DNA from: an uncultured Bacteroidota bacterium
GTDB lineage: Bacteria; Bacteroidota; Bacteroidia; UKL13-3
Assembly (NCBI GenBank): GCA_903883965.1
Contig: CAISCU010000006.1
Span: forward strand, 4,103 to 68,102
Length of the DNA: 64,000 bases
Direction: 5' to 3'
Shown here piece by piece: positions 9,087 through 20,335 of this stretch (position 1 is the first letter of the stretch; each line of letters begins with the position of its first letter). Both the position numbers and the translations under genes were made by a program. The notes below the pieces were generated by a model that was not told the DNA's origin, did no database searches, and saw only the letters and a program-made list of their open reading frames with translations.

Positions 9087-10084
9087 TTTCCAGCGGTGAT
9101 GCTGTTTCTTATATGGTCTATTTTGTCGCGCATGAGTCTAAAAAACTGGTTCCTTTGTTTTTCTGCAATGCCACTGAGCAAGGTTGATTTTTTAACTAAA
9201 TTTTTTAACCAATGTTCGTTTTCGTTTACAAAATCGGCATTGGTAGTGCTCATCATGTTGAATGTATTGTTGCTCACATAAGCAATTTTAGTGGTGCCAA
9301 TGTTTGCCAATATACTGTTGTTACCAATCATCACCTCACTCTTGTAAAACCTAAAATTGTCGGGGTTTGAGGTATCACCCATTTTATTTCCTTTGGCTAC
9401 TTTTTCTTGTAATTGATTGATTTCTTCATTCAATAAATCACAAATTAATAAAGCATCTGATTTCTTTTTAAAAAAGCCCGATTCCCAAAAGTATTCTATT
9501 TGTTTGAGTGTGCTGTTAATGGTGTCTTCAGTCCAGATTTCTATAGAAGTTGTTTGATTGTAATTGTTGAGCAAGTCTTTGGCATAGGTAATTAAATCAT
9601 GGTCTATTTCTTTAGGGTCAAACAATTTGTCGCTGAATTCAGGTGCACACAAGATGCACTTGAGCCAATAAAACAACTTAAACGAAATCATTTCATCGCT
9701 AAAAAAATGATGCCAAACTGGAACATCATCAGCCGCATACAAAATTTCATTTGAGCTAGAGGCAGCAATTTTTTTGATGTCATTTCCCATGGCATGCAGC
9801 CACAATTTAAAATTGTCTTTTTTGTCATCGAGTTTCAAATAATCAAAACTCACTTTGTTGGCCAAATGTTGCAATTCTGGTTCAAAAGAAACCTTGAAGT
9901 GTTTACAAATCAGGGTAATTTCGGCAATATTGAAAAGTGTTTCGCAACGTATTCTTCTGTACGCACTGTCTGTACTCAACGACAACAAATCGGCCAGTTC
10001 ATCAACAAATGAAACATTGGTTGGCAATGCTGATTTAATTTGCTGTATAAACTTGTCTTGAATAATTTTTGCATTCTCTTCCAT
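9083..10084 (-). CDS. Bacteroidota protein with N-terminal BetR-like helix-turn-helix
   Basis: LADLLSLSTDSAYRRIRCE HTH; start moved to MEENAK at 10084 to avoid overlap with phoD. Confidence 0.65.
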   Translation of the reverse strand: MEENAKIIQDKFIQQIKSALPTNVSFVDELADLLSLSTDSAYRRIRCETLFNIAEITLICKHFKVSFEPELQHLANKVSFDYLKLDDKKDNFKLWLHAMGNDIKKIAASSSNEILYAADDVPVWHHFFSDEMISFKLFYWLKCILCAPEFSDKLFDPKEIDHDLITYAKDLLNNYNQTTSIEIWTEDTINSTLKQIEYFWESGFFKKKSDALLICDLLNEEINQLQEKVAKGNKMGDTSNPDNFRFYKSEVMIGNNSILANIGTTKIAYVSNNTFNMMSTTNADFVNENEHWLKNLVKKSTLLSGIAEKQRNQFFRLMRDKIDHIRNSITAGN

Positions 10085-10149
10085 CTGACTCAGTCGGTTT
10101 ATTTTCCCTTGAGTGCAAGTTAAATAAAATAACCTTACAAAATGAGGGC

Positions 10150-11517
10150 TTATTTGTATTTGGCTTTGAGATTTTTTTCGTGAATTTGATGGGTCCAATT
10201 GACCTTTCCATTTTTGTCAAAACAAGTTATTTCTAGTTGTCTTTGTCCCTTTTTATTACCCGAAATGCCTATAGTGCAATAATTGTTATCTACTACCAAT
10301 GTGCCTGGAATTCTTTGTGGGTTTTTGGCTTCTTCTGTTTCTAATACATTCGAAACACCAGAGCTCAATGGCGAAGAGGTAATGTCAATAAAAGGATAAC
10401 CCAATTCATTGGCATAACTACTGTCTGTTAGTATTTCTGTGTGGTGCCTGTCGCCACTTATAAATACAACACCACTTATTTTTTGGTCTACAATAAATTG
10501 TAACAGTTCTTTCCTTTCTTTTTGATACAGGTTAAATGATTCTTTGTCTGTGTACTTATTCAAAACTTGTCCGCCTGCACATATAAATTTAAAGGGTGCC
10601 CTGCTGTGTTTTAAATTGTTTTTTAACCAATTTATTTGAGTTGCACCTAACTGGGTTTTGTTTGCTTTTGTTTCATCGATATCGCTTTCACTTCTGAAGG
10701 TTCTGTCGTCTAATAAAAAGAAGGCGGCATCGTTGTATTTGAAACTACTGTATACTCCAGTGTTATTTTCTCCAAAGGTTTTGTTACCCCAATAGTCAAT
10801 GAAGGTTTTTCTGGTATGTTCTTTTAGGTCGTAACTTTCATTGCCGTCGTTGTCGCCATAATCGTGGTCGTCCCAGGTTGCATAATGCTGTGTTTTTGCT
10901 AAAAATGCCTGTAAGTTTTTGTCTGAACGCGTATGTTGGTATCGGTAATCTATGCCACTAGCAGATGTATAATCGGCTTCTCTCAAATAAGTATTGTCGC
11001 CTAACCAAATCATTAAATCAACCGGGGTATTGGCCATTGCTGTTAAAATTGCAGTGCCTTGCCCATAGGGTTTGCCCGGCCTGTCATAAGCACTGTCGTT
11101 CACATACAAGCATGAGCCAAACATGAATTTAAAATCGGGTGCCGGAGTTCTCCACTCCCACAATGTTTTTGTTTTAAAAGTAAATGGGTAATCGGCTTTA
11201 AATTGTACTTTTTTGTTCAAAAATAGTTGGTATTCGTAGGTGCTTCCAAATGCCAGGTTTGTAAGTACAATTTTAGTATTTTGTGGTTTACAAGAACCGT
11301 CTAATTCTAGGTCTTTTTGGCTCCAATTGCTTTCACTTGTTTTTTTATATTTGATGCTCAATTGCTTGGTACAGCTGGTTTGTATCCAAATCAATACCTC
11401 TGCGTATTCTGAATAGCCATTCATAGGACCAGCTAATACTTTGGGTGTTTGTGCACTTATTTTTCCTACAACAATTATGCTCAAAATGAGCAGTGTGATG
11501 AACCGAATGCTTTTCAT
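10150..11517 (-). CDS. phoD: PhoD-family alkaline phosphatase
   Basis: Signal peptide; FGSC, WLGDN, WDDHD, DDRTFR, SGDRH. Confidence 0.88.
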   Translation of the reverse strand: MKSIRFITLLILSIIVVGKISAQTPKVLAGPMNGYSEYAEVLIWIQTSCTKQLSIKYKKTSESNWSQKDLELDGSCKPQNTKIVLTNLAFGSTYEYQLFLNKKVQFKADYPFTFKTKTLWEWRTPAPDFKFMFGSCLYVNDSAYDRPGKPYGQGTAILTAMANTPVDLMIWLGDNTYLREADYTSASGIDYRYQHTRSDKNLQAFLAKTQHYATWDDHDYGDNDGNESYDLKEHTRKTFIDYWGNKTFGENNTGVYSSFKYNDAAFFLLDDRTFRSESDIDETKANKTQLGATQINWLKNNLKHSRAPFKFICAGGQVLNKYTDKESFNLYQKERKELLQFIVDQKISGVVFISGDRHHTEILTDSSYANELGYPFIDITSSPLSSGVSNVLETEEAKNPQRIPGTLVVDNNYCTIGISGNKKGQRQLEITCFDKNGKVNWTHQIHEKNLKAKYK

Positions 11518-11587
11518 TTCATAAAAATTAATTCAAGACCAAAAGGCTTGCGTTACTATTTCAAATAAAGGACTAAATTGCCAATTA

Positions 11588-11962
11588 ATGAAGCAATCCG
11601 AATTTAGTATCACTGAATTAAACGACCAAGAAAAAGCACGTTGGTATCAAATTGTGTTTGATTTAAAAAAACAGTTCGGAAAAAAACCAGACATGAATGG
11701 ACTTTTGTTCATTATTGGTGTTCAAGAATTAGGCGTTTTACGTGAATTCAATAAACAAGAGAAGCTTGAACTCATGCATATAGCAACCGCCAAACTACTC
11801 AGTTACCAAGGCTATTATGCCTTTGAAAAGACAGACAGCGATGGTTGGCCTCATTATACACTAATTCAAACGCCACCTTACCTTGATTTAACTACTCAAG
11901 AGGAATTGCTCAAACGATTGGTAATTCAATATTTTGAAGAGCAAGGTTTTTTTGAAAATTGA
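11588..11962 (+). CDS. Conserved Bacteroidota hypothetical protein
   Basis: GKKPDMNGLLFIIGVQELG..KQEK..LMHIA..DGWPH pattern. Confidence 0.7.
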   Translation: MKQSEFSITELNDQEKARWYQIVFDLKKQFGKKPDMNGLLFIIGVQELGVLREFNKQEKLELMHIATAKLLSYQGYYAFEKTDSDGWPHYTLIQTPPYLDLTTQEELLKRLVIQYFEEQGFFEN

Positions 11963-12017
11963 CGCATATTAAAATCCATTGATTTTTTATATTGCGATGA
12001 TGAAAATTGCAGTTCAA

Positions 12018-12896
12018 ATGAAAAAATATTTATTATTCCTGTTGATGTTGTTTATGGTTACTCAGACCCTAATGGCTCAAAAAAAGGCAACTCCTAAGGT
12101 TCAACATTCTCAAAAATATGCTCCTAGACCTATTCCAAAACCAACTGCATCCAAAGATGAAAGGCTAGTTGAAATTACAACCGATTTAGGGGTAATGGTA
12201 GCTAAATTGTACAATGAAACGCCTCAACACAGAGACAATTTTATAAAACTGGTGAAGGAGGGTTTCTATGATAGTTTGTTGTTTCACCGCGTCATTAAAT
12301 CGTTTATGATTCAGGGTGGAGACCCACTTTCTAAACATGCAGACAGCACAACCATGCTGGGCTCAGGAGACGTAGGCTACAAAATACCAGCTGAATTTGT
12401 AAAGCAATATTACCACAAAAGAGGAGCTTTGTCTGCAGCAAGAGACAACAATCCTGAGCGGGCTTCGAGTGGTTGTCAGTTTTACATTGTACAAGGAAAA
12501 ACCTATACCATAGAAGAATTAGAAAAAATCATCAATAGCAGAAATTTAAACAGAAAACAAGCCATGTTGTATGAACTGGCCAAAAATGATACCATTCAGA
12601 AAAGATTGGGCGAATTGCAAGCTGCAGGTCAAAAAGAGGCCTTCCAAAATTATGTAAAAAGTTTACAAGCTATTGTAGACAAACAGTACAATAAAAACGA
12701 ACCCGATAAGATAGATTACGATCAAGTAGATACTTATTTGAGAGTGGGTGGAGCCCCTCACCTAGACGGAGACTACACTGTATTTGGCGAACTGATGTCT
12801 GGTTTTGAGGTGTTGGATAAAATTGCTACTATTCAAACTTTACCTGGTGATAGGCCAGTTAAAGACATTCGAATGAAAATGCGCATGTTAAACTAA
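12018..12896 (+). CDS. Cyclophilin-type peptidyl-prolyl isomerase, exported
   Basis: FHRVIKSFMIQGGDP, GALSAAR, SSGCQFYIV, HLDGDYTVFG; signal peptide. Confidence 0.92.
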   Translation: MKKYLLFLLMLFMVTQTLMAQKKATPKVQHSQKYAPRPIPKPTASKDERLVEITTDLGVMVAKLYNETPQHRDNFIKLVKEGFYDSLLFHRVIKSFMIQGGDPLSKHADSTTMLGSGDVGYKIPAEFVKQYYHKRGALSAARDNNPERASSGCQFYIVQGKTYTIEELEKIINSRNLNRKQAMLYELAKNDTIQKRLGELQAAGQKEAFQNYVKSLQAIVDKQYNKNEPDKIDYDQVDTYLRVGGAPHLDGDYTVFGELMSGFEVLDKIATIQTLPGDRPVKDIRMKMRMLN

Positions 12897-12905
12897 GTTT
12901 TTTGA

Positions 12906-15449
12906 ATGCGTTTTATTTTCTGCCTCTTTCTTACTTTTCCGATGTTTCTGTTTGCCCAACAAGAAACAATTATTTCTGGTAAAATTCGCGATAACAGAAC
13001 CAAAGAGCCTCTGCCATATGTAAGTATGGGTTTTAAGGGTTTTGCAGGCGGTACTACTTCTGATTTTGAGGGTAGGTTTAAAATTAGCAGTAAGCAAGAG
13101 GTAGACAGTTTGGTGCTAACCTATATGGGATATAAGCGAAAGTCAATTAAAATCAATAGGCACCAAACGCAAGTACTTAACATAGAATTGGAAGAAAAAA
13201 CACAGGAGATGTATGAGGCCGTGATTAAACCAGGCATTAACCCTGCTTTGAGAATTATTCAGGCTGCCCGTGTAAATAGGAAAACCAACGACCAAGAGCG
13301 CTTTCCAAATTACCAACAAGATACTTATTCTAAACTTGATGTATCGTTAACCAATGTATCGGATGATATGAAAAAAAATCCGGTGTTTAAGCCTTTACAA
13401 TCTTTGTTTGATACCATCAATCAAATGAAAAATACTGAAGGAAAGCATATCATACCGGTAATGGTAAGCGAAACCTATTCTACGTTTTATTACCAAAGTA
13501 ATCCGGTTAAAACCAAAGAGGTCATTCATGCCAATCATTATTCTGGCATTGGGGTTAACAAGAATTCGTACATCACTGATTTGTTGGGAGGAGAACTCAT
13601 TCGCTACAATTTAAATGGTAATTTTGTGCGTTTGTTAGGTAAAGATTTCATGGGCCCAATTGCTGAAGGTTCTAACAACACCTATATCTATACCTTGCAA
13701 GATTCTGTAGAAAACAACGGTCATAAGAACTACAAAATACAGTTGAATTTGCGTCGTAAAAAAGACTTGGGTTTTGAGGGTACCATTTGGATTGAAGATT
13801 CTTCTTATGCCATCAACAAAGTAGATTTAACCATCAGCAAAGAGTCTAATATCAATTTTATTAATCGCATTCGCATTCAACAGGAATGGGTTCCAGTTGC
13901 CCAACAAACTTGGATGACCGCCAAGAGCCGAATTTATTTTGACTTTGACCGAATCAGTAAAAACAGTACTGGTGTTTTAGCGGGCTTTTATTTTATCAAT
14001 AGCAATTTTGATTTGAACCAAGACAAACCAAGTGATTTTTTTGATTTTCAGGTGGTCAACAATGCGCAAGAAGAAACAAAAGATACCAGCTTTTGGAACA
14101 ACAAGCGTTCAGAGCAATTGTCTAACATAGAGAAAGAAATGTTTTTAAAGGTAGATTCAGTGAATAATTTACCTGTTGTCAAAACATACATAGAAATAGT
14201 TCAGTTAATTGTGGAGGGTCACAAACGGATCAACAAATTAGATTGGGGTCCTTATTTGAGCCTTGTTTCGTACAATCCTGTTGAGCACTTGAGGCTTAGA
14301 TTGGGTTTTAAAACCAATTTTAAATTTAGTAATAAAGTTGCTTTGGGCGCCTATTTGGCCTATGGTGTGAAGGACGACCAATTCAAATTTGGATTCAATG
14401 CAGATTATATTTTTGATTCAAAAAAATGGACCAAAATTTCGCTTGCATACAGAGACGATTATGAAGTATTGGGCATTACCAATTCGCCCATTAGTTCGTT
14501 GGCAAACAATGGCATATTCCAGTTCTTTAATTTCTTTGCAGATAAAGTGAGAATGAATGCTACTCAAGAGTTCAAACTCAACTATACCAAAGGTTTTAGC
14601 AATTATTGGTCAATCAATTCAACGTTTTCTTTAGCTACATTTAAACCAGTTGGCATACTAAAAAATGAATTCAGTTTTTTACAAGAAAACAACCAGGGTA
14701 AATCAGATACTTTAAATAGCTATTTAAATACCAGTATAACCATTGAAGCCAGATGGGCCTATCGCGAAAAAATGATCACCAGAGGTAACCGCAGGGTTCG
14801 TTTGCAACAAGCCCGCCTACCTGTTGTGGTACTGGCTTACCAAAGGGGTTTGAAAGGCTTAATTTCTAATGAAGGCTTTGACTATGACAAGTTCAGTTTT
14901 ACCCTTTCGCAACACATCAATACAGGCATTTTAGGAACTGCAGATTGGTGGATTTATGGCGGTAAAGTTTTTGGAAAACTGCCTTATCCGTTGTTAGATG
15001 TGGCCAGAGGAAATGGCAGTATTTTATACAGCGATTACAATTTTAGTTTGATGAATTTTTATGAGTTTATCAGCGACCAATTTGTACATGCATCTTACGT
15101 GCAACACTTAGAAGGTTTATTGGTAAACAGAATTCCGGGATTGCGCAACCTGAAACTTAGAAACATGGTTATACTGAAAACAGCTTATGGAACGATTAAC
15201 CAAGGCAACTTAACTGTAAACGACCTTCATGGAATTAACAATACTCCTAACGACAATTACAAATACATTCAAACGTTTTCGCAAGGTCCGTATGTTGAAT
15301 TGGGTTATGGTTTTGAAAATATTTTGAAGATATTCTCAATTAGCTTCCATCACCGCTTGAATTATTTGAACATCAGGACTGAAAAAGGAGAAAAACCCCA
15401 TGATAAAAGGAGTTTTGGTATAAATCTGGGTTTACGTATTCAATTCTAA
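12906..15449 (+). CDS. DUF5686 outer-membrane protein with N-terminal CarboxypepD_reg-like domain
   Basis: ISGKIRD..EPLPYVS..GTTSDFEGRF N-terminus; YNPVE.LRLRLG; terminal Phe. Confidence 0.8.
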   Translation: MRFIFCLFLTFPMFLFAQQETIISGKIRDNRTKEPLPYVSMGFKGFAGGTTSDFEGRFKISSKQEVDSLVLTYMGYKRKSIKINRHQTQVLNIELEEKTQEMYEAVIKPGINPALRIIQAARVNRKTNDQERFPNYQQDTYSKLDVSLTNVSDDMKKNPVFKPLQSLFDTINQMKNTEGKHIIPVMVSETYSTFYYQSNPVKTKEVIHANHYSGIGVNKNSYITDLLGGELIRYNLNGNFVRLLGKDFMGPIAEGSNNTYIYTLQDSVENNGHKNYKIQLNLRRKKDLGFEGTIWIEDSSYAINKVDLTISKESNINFINRIRIQQEWVPVAQQTWMTAKSRIYFDFDRISKNSTGVLAGFYFINSNFDLNQDKPSDFFDFQVVNNAQEETKDTSFWNNKRSEQLSNIEKEMFLKVDSVNNLPVVKTYIEIVQLIVEGHKRINKLDWGPYLSLVSYNPVEHLRLRLGFKTNFKFSNKVALGAYLAYGVKDDQFKFGFNADYIFDSKKWTKISLAYRDDYEVLGITNSPISSLANNGIFQFFNFFADKVRMNATQEFKLNYTKGFSNYWSINSTFSLATFKPVGILKNEFSFLQENNQGKSDTLNSYLNTSITIEARWAYREKMITRGNRRVRLQQARLPVVVLAYQRGLKGLISNEGFDYDKFSFTLSQHINTGILGTADWWIYGGKVFGKLPYPLLDVARGNGSILYSDYNFSLMNFYEFISDQFVHASYVQHLEGLLVNRIPGLRNLKLRNMVILKTAYGTINQGNLTVNDLHGINNTPNDNYKYIQTFSQGPYVELGYGFENILKIFSISFHHRLNYLNIRTEKGEKPHDKRSFGINLGLRIQF

Positions 15450-15494
15450 GGAAGTTTGGGTATTTCCGTTTAAATTTGATTCCATATTTTAAAA

Positions 15495-17195
15495 GTGCAT
15501 AATCAAGTTTATACAATTGCCAAAGTTTGCAGTGAGTTTGGGTGTACACACGCCATCATTTGCCCTGGTAGCAGATCAGCTCCATTGTTGTATGCATTCA
15601 AACAAGAAACCAATATTACTTGTATTTCAGTCATTGATGAACGCAGTGCTGGTTTTATTGCCTTGGGTATTGCTCAGCAAACCGGTAAACCCGTGGTATT
15701 AATTTGTACTTCTGGTACTGCTTTGCTCAACTTTTTTCCAGCAATAGCTGAAGCCAAATACCAACAAGTTCCACTCATTGTTTTGAGTGCAGATAGGCCT
15801 CCAGAAATGCTCAATCAACAAGATGGTCAAATGATCATGCAAAAGGGTGTTTATGGCAAACATGTAAACAGTAGCCATGAATTGATGTGTGAAGAAGATG
15901 GCAGTTCTGACTTGTTGTTAACACAAAGAATTGTACAAACGGCATTGGTAGAAACAATGGAGCCAGGTAATAATGGGCCCGTTCATGTGAATGTTCCGTT
16001 GAGAGAACCACTTTATCCTCAGGCTTTATCAATAAAAACCCCCGCTTTAGCTGTGTTTGATAACATTTCAAATACGGCATTGCCATTTTCTTTAAAAGAT
16101 TTAGACCAATTTGCTCAAGCATTTAAACAAGCAAAAAAAATAATACTTGTGCTTGGCCAACACAATACAGATATAGAATTGGAAACTATTCTTGCTCGAT
16201 TTTCGAAACTAGAGCAGGTTGTATTGTTGGCTGATGTTGTTTCTAATCAACACCTACAATCTGTGGTCCCGAATTTTGATGCGGTTGTTCAATATGCCAG
16301 TCCGGAATTGTTACATACCATTGAACCAGATATGGTTATTTCATCGGGTGGGCCGTTGGTGTCTAAAGCATTAAAAATATGGCTTAAAAGTATCAAGCCC
16401 CAATGGCATTTTAGAATCAGCGAAGAGTTAAAACCAATCAACACATACGGAAATCTGACCCATTTTATTCGCAGTTCATTGCCAGTTTTACTCACTAGAT
16501 TTTTAGAAACAGCGCATTCAATTGAACCCATTACTGAGTCCTATTCAAAACAATGGGAACAACTTGGAGAGAAAGCGTTATCCTTACAACAGGCACTTTT
16601 TTCACAACAAAAATGGTCTGAACCCTTTGCAGTTTCAAGTGTATTAAAAGCCATTCCAACAGGCTCAATTTTACACATTGGCAACAGTGGATCTATAAGG
16701 TTTGCGAGCTGGCTTGGATTAAACGGATTTAACGGTAAAGTATTTGGTAACAGAGGAACAAGCGGTATTGAGGGATCTGTATCAACAGCTATTGGAGCAG
16801 CTATTGCTAACCCTTCGGCCATTCATTTTTTAATTTGTGGAGACTTGTCGTTTTTATACGATACCAATGCATGGTGGTTAAGCAAATTGCCACAAAATTT
16901 AAAAATTGTGGTCTTAAATAATGTTGGCGGAAAGATATTTGAATGGATAGAGGGTCCATCTAGATTTCCCGAACACCTCAATTTTTTTACAACACCTCAT
17001 CACAGAAACATTGCTCAAACGCTTGCTACTTTTGGCATTCAGTGCACCACTTGCAAGTCTTTAGATGCATACAACTTAGCCCTTTCAAGTTTTATACAAT
17101 CTAAACAAACCCATGTTTTGGAATTGGTATTTGATACCGAAATCAACTTGTCGGCCATTCAACAATTTAAATCTATACAACTCACTAATTCATAA
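15495..17195 (+). CDS. menD: SEPHCHC synthase
   Basis: CPGSRSAPL, DERSAGFIALG, CTSGTA, NRGTSGIEGS, GDLSFLYD; adjacent to menB. Confidence 0.95.
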   Translation: MHNQVYTIAKVCSEFGCTHAIICPGSRSAPLLYAFKQETNITCISVIDERSAGFIALGIAQQTGKPVVLICTSGTALLNFFPAIAEAKYQQVPLIVLSADRPPEMLNQQDGQMIMQKGVYGKHVNSSHELMCEEDGSSDLLLTQRIVQTALVETMEPGNNGPVHVNVPLREPLYPQALSIKTPALAVFDNISNTALPFSLKDLDQFAQAFKQAKKIILVLGQHNTDIELETILARFSKLEQVVLLADVVSNQHLQSVVPNFDAVVQYASPELLHTIEPDMVISSGGPLVSKALKIWLKSIKPQWHFRISEELKPINTYGNLTHFIRSSLPVLLTRFLETAHSIEPITESYSKQWEQLGEKALSLQQALFSQQKWSEPFAVSSVLKAIPTGSILHIGNSGSIRFASWLGLNGFNGKVFGNRGTSGIEGSVSTAIGAAIANPSAIHFLICGDLSFLYDTNAWWLSKLPQNLKIVVLNNVGGKIFEWIEGPSRFPEHLNFFTTPHHRNIAQTLATFGIQCTTCKSLDAYNLALSSFIQSKQTHVLELVFDTEINLSAIQQFKSIQLTNS

Positions 17196-17198
17196 ATT

Positions 17199-18023
17199 AT
17201 GCAGTCAACTATTGCATGGGAAACCATTCAACCTTTTCAAGAAATTTTGTTTCAGTTTTATGATGGCATTGCCAAAATAAGCATCAATAGACCTGAAAAG
17301 CACAATGCTTTTACACCATTAACTGTTAAAGAAATGTCTATAGCAATGGAAATTGCTAGACAAAGAGAAGATGTTTATTGTGTTATTTTAACGGGTGAAG
17401 GAGGCAATGCGTTTTGTAGTGGCGGCGACCAAAGTGTGAGAGGTCATGGTGGATACGTTGGGGATGATGGTGTGCCTCGTTTAAATGTATTAGATCTACA
17501 AATGCAAATCAGAAGAATACCTAAACCCGTTGTTGCAATGGTAGCCGGATGGGCAATAGGTGGTGGGCATGTATTGCATGTGATTTGTGATTTAACCATA
17601 GCAGCCGAAAATGCAAAGTTTGGCCAAACTGGCCCAAAAGTTGGAAGTTTTGATGGTGGTTTTGGCGCAAGTTATTTAGCCAGATTGGTGGGTCAGAAAA
17701 AGGCAAGAGAAATCTGGTTCCTTTGCGATCAATACAACGCTCAAGAAGCATTAGACATGGGCTTGGTAAACAAAGTTGTTCCGCTCGAACAGCTAGAAGA
17801 AACCACCGTAGCCTGGTGTAAAAAAATGATGGAGAAAAGCCCAATTGCGTTGCGCATGCTCAAAAGTGCGTTTAACGCCGAATTAGATGGGCAAGCAGGT
17901 ATTCAAGAATTGGCGGGTAATGCAACACTCTTGTATTATTTGAGTGATGAGGCGAAGGAAGGTAAAAACTCGTTCCTAGAAAAAAGGAAGCCCGATTTTA
18001 AGAAGTTTCCTAAGTTTCCTTAA
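17199..18023 (+). CDS. menB: 1,4-dihydroxy-2-naphthoyl-CoA synthase
   Basis: [29 protein letters not shown]. Confidence 0.97.
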   Translation: MQSTIAWETIQPFQEILFQFYDGIAKISINRPEKHNAFTPLTVKEMSIAMEIARQREDVYCVILTGEGGNAFCSGGDQSVRGHGGYVGDDGVPRLNVLDLQMQIRRIPKPVVAMVAGWAIGGGHVLHVICDLTIAAENAKFGQTGPKVGSFDGGFGASYLARLVGQKKAREIWFLCDQYNAQEALDMGLVNKVVPLEQLEETTVAWCKKMMEKSPIALRMLKSAFNAELDGQAGIQELAGNATLLYYLSDEAKEGKNSFLEKRKPDFKKFPKFP

Positions 18024-18843
18024 TTGTTTTTGCTGTAACCAACAGGCCATTTCCCTGTTTTTTGGGAGTGGTATAATCTAGTACCATGCATAAAATATTA
18101 ATGGGAATAAACAATACAATTGCTAGTGTTGCCATTGATTTTATGAGTAGGTTACCGTGCATGAGCAAGAGGTATAACCCGGTGCTGATTTCGTGGCTTA
18201 GTATTCCCCAAAACCCATAGGTATATTTTTTTGAAATGGGTTCAAACCCCGTATTTTTTAATTTATCTATTAACTCAGTTTCTGAATAAATGCGTTGCCT
18301 ATTGTGAATGTGTTCGTAATTGGGGTAACGTATACTAACCCAATTGAAGAACCCTGTTATTTGCTTGCCGTTTATGGGCACATATATCAAAAAAGTGGCA
18401 TCTTTTTTTAATGCTGCATGCATGTTTTGAAGTGCTTGAACATCTTTTTGTATGTATTGCAGCACACCTACGCTTAACAATACATCTGCTTTGGTTTCTA
18501 TTTTTTCAAATTCAATATCTGCTTGTTCAGAATAGAGGTTGTTACAAGGGTAATTTTTATTAAATAAAACACTTTGTGGTTGCTTATCTATTGCCCAAAA
18601 TTGCGCTTTGGGATAGCGATTGCAAAAAGGAATGAGGTATTGAGACTCTCCAGCTCCAACATCTATTGCAATGAAATTTTCTGGCAGGGTTTTGAGTGTT
18701 TTTTTCCAAACAGACAGAATGGTCCATTTTCTCAATTGTACATAATAATTCAGCACAAAAACGAGTCGTATTAGCACAGGATATTTGATCAACCATAATG
18801 GGTATTGGTAGTTCAAAATATTGCATTTACTAGCTATTTTCAT
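18010..18843 (-). CDS. Class I SAM-dependent methyltransferase
   Basis: [10 protein letters not shown] motif I, GVLQYI; start uncertain. Confidence 0.7.
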   Translation of the reverse strand: MKIASKCNILNYQYPLWLIKYPVLIRLVFVLNYYVQLRKWTILSVWKKTLKTLPENFIAIDVGAGESQYLIPFCNRYPKAQFWAIDKQPQSVLFNKNYPCNNLYSEQADIEFEKIETKADVLLSVGVLQYIQKDVQALQNMHAALKKDATFLIYVPINGKQITGFFNWVSIRYPNYEHIHNRQRIYSETELIDKLKNTGFEPISKKYTYGFWGILSHEISTGLYLLLMHGNLLIKSMATLAIVLFIPINILCMVLDYTTPKKQGNGLLVTAKTIKET

Positions 18844-18875
18844 GTATCTTACTCGTCTATTTACCGCTGTAAAAT

Positions 18876-19430
18876 ATGGACAAATCTGCTCATTTACACA
18901 ACCCATGGAAAATCAATCATTCAGAGGTGACTTATGAAAACCCATGGATACAAGTTCATCACCACGCTATTTTACATCCAACTGGGAAGCCTGGAATTTA
19001 CGGGGTGGTTCATTTTAAAAACCTGGCTGTTGGGATTTTACCCATAGATGAAAATGGTTATACGTATTTAGTTGGACAATTCCGATTTCCTTTAAATGCG
19101 TACTCTTGGGAAATTCCTGAAGGTGGTTCTGCAATTGGAGAATCGCCATTAGAAACTGCAAAAAGAGAACTGTTAGAAGAGTGTGGTTTATTGGCCTCAT
19201 CATGGGAGCAACTCCTAGAATTACATCTCAGCAATTCAGCAACTGACGAAAAAGCAATTGTATATTTGGCACAAGGCATAAGCCTAGATATTGCTGATCC
19301 AGAAGACTCGGAACAATTACAAATACAAAAAGTACATTTTAATGAAGTTTACCAAATGGTGATGCAGGGTGAAATTACAGATGCCATTACAGTTGCAGCT
19401 ATTTTGAAGTACCAACTGATGAAACGGTAA
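18876..19430 (+). CDS. NUDIX hydrolase (ADP-ribose pyrophosphatase-like)
   Basis: EIPEGG..E.PLETAKRELLEECGL Nudix box. Confidence 0.9.
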   Translation: MDKSAHLHNPWKINHSEVTYENPWIQVHHHAILHPTGKPGIYGVVHFKNLAVGILPIDENGYTYLVGQFRFPLNAYSWEIPEGGSAIGESPLETAKRELLEECGLLASSWEQLLELHLSNSATDEKAIVYLAQGISLDIADPEDSEQLQIQKVHFNEVYQMVMQGEITDAITVAAILKYQLMKR

Positions 19431-19435
19431 ACCAT

Positions 19436-19461
19436 AAAAAATGCCACATTTGCGGCATTTT
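19436..19461. terminator. Bidirectional terminator between convergent genes
   Basis: AAAATGCC..GGCATTTT hairpin with A/T flanks. Confidence 0.6.
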
Positions 19462-19465
19462 CAAA

Positions 19466-20263
19466 TTACTTGTTAATCCAAATTTTCTTACTTATTCGGG
19501 TGTCGTTGATGCGAACCTGTACAAAGTATATTCCATTATTAAGTTCAGGTAGTTCAAAGCTGTATGCCTTGTTGCCCATGCCCTCAACACTGTTCTCTAG
19601 GTTCAGCACTTCTCTGCCAGTTAGGTCAACTAAAACAATTTCTATAGCCGCATTCTTTTTCAAGTCAAAAGCCAAGTTCAGGGTTTTGCCAATTACAGGG
19701 TTTGGATACAAACTCAATTGACTCAGGTATTCATTTTCATTGATTCCAGTTGCAGATTTTTCAGCAACAGTTAATTTTTGAGTTCTTGTAATACTTGTAT
19801 TGTTAGCAAAAGCACCATAAAAATCAACTGGGCCTGTACCGGCTGCCGGCGCTTTCCAAGTGAATGTCCATACAGCTGGGGTTGTTGATTTGGCCGCAGT
19901 ATGTGTAACATACTTTCCGTTTACTAGGGTATTTCCAGTACCAGCAGTAAGAGTACCAGCTAAAGTACCATCAGCAGTTTGAGGACTTACCTCAAATCCC
20001 TTTTTTCCACCGTTATTAACTGAAACAGTTATGGTATAATTGTTACCAGCTGTATAACCTTCGGCTGGAATGTCTGAAGTAATGATATTGGTTGTAGCAA
20101 CACTAGCTGTTCCTCCATGACAAGAAGGATTGGCGCAGGTTATTCCAGACTCAGCAGGCCCGCCGGCATAACCTGCGGGAGCCCCGTAAGGATATGATTG
20201 AAGACTGTCCATTCCAATGAAACCAAAAGCCAAAACCAAACCTATAGCGTAAATTTTTTTCAT
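19466..20263 (-). CDS. Reeler / choice-of-anchor V domain T9SS cargo
   Basis: TCANPSCHGG, WTFTWKAP; C-terminal YPNP..GIYFVQV..KK CTD. Confidence 0.78.
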   Translation of the reverse strand: MKKIYAIGLVLAFGFIGMDSLQSYPYGAPAGYAGGPAESGITCANPSCHGGTASVATTNIITSDIPAEGYTAGNNYTITVSVNNGGKKGFEVSPQTADGTLAGTLTAGTGNTLVNGKYVTHTAAKSTTPAVWTFTWKAPAAGTGPVDFYGAFANNTSITRTQKLTVAEKSATGINENEYLSQLSLYPNPVIGKTLNLAFDLKKNAAIEIVLVDLTGREVLNLENSVEGMGNKAYSFELPELNNGIYFVQVRINDTRISKKIWINK

Positions 20264-20335
20264 GTTTTCAATTTTTGTTAGTAGACCAAATATAGGAATT
20301 TTAGGTTGCATGTTCACCTAAAAAATCCTTAAAAA

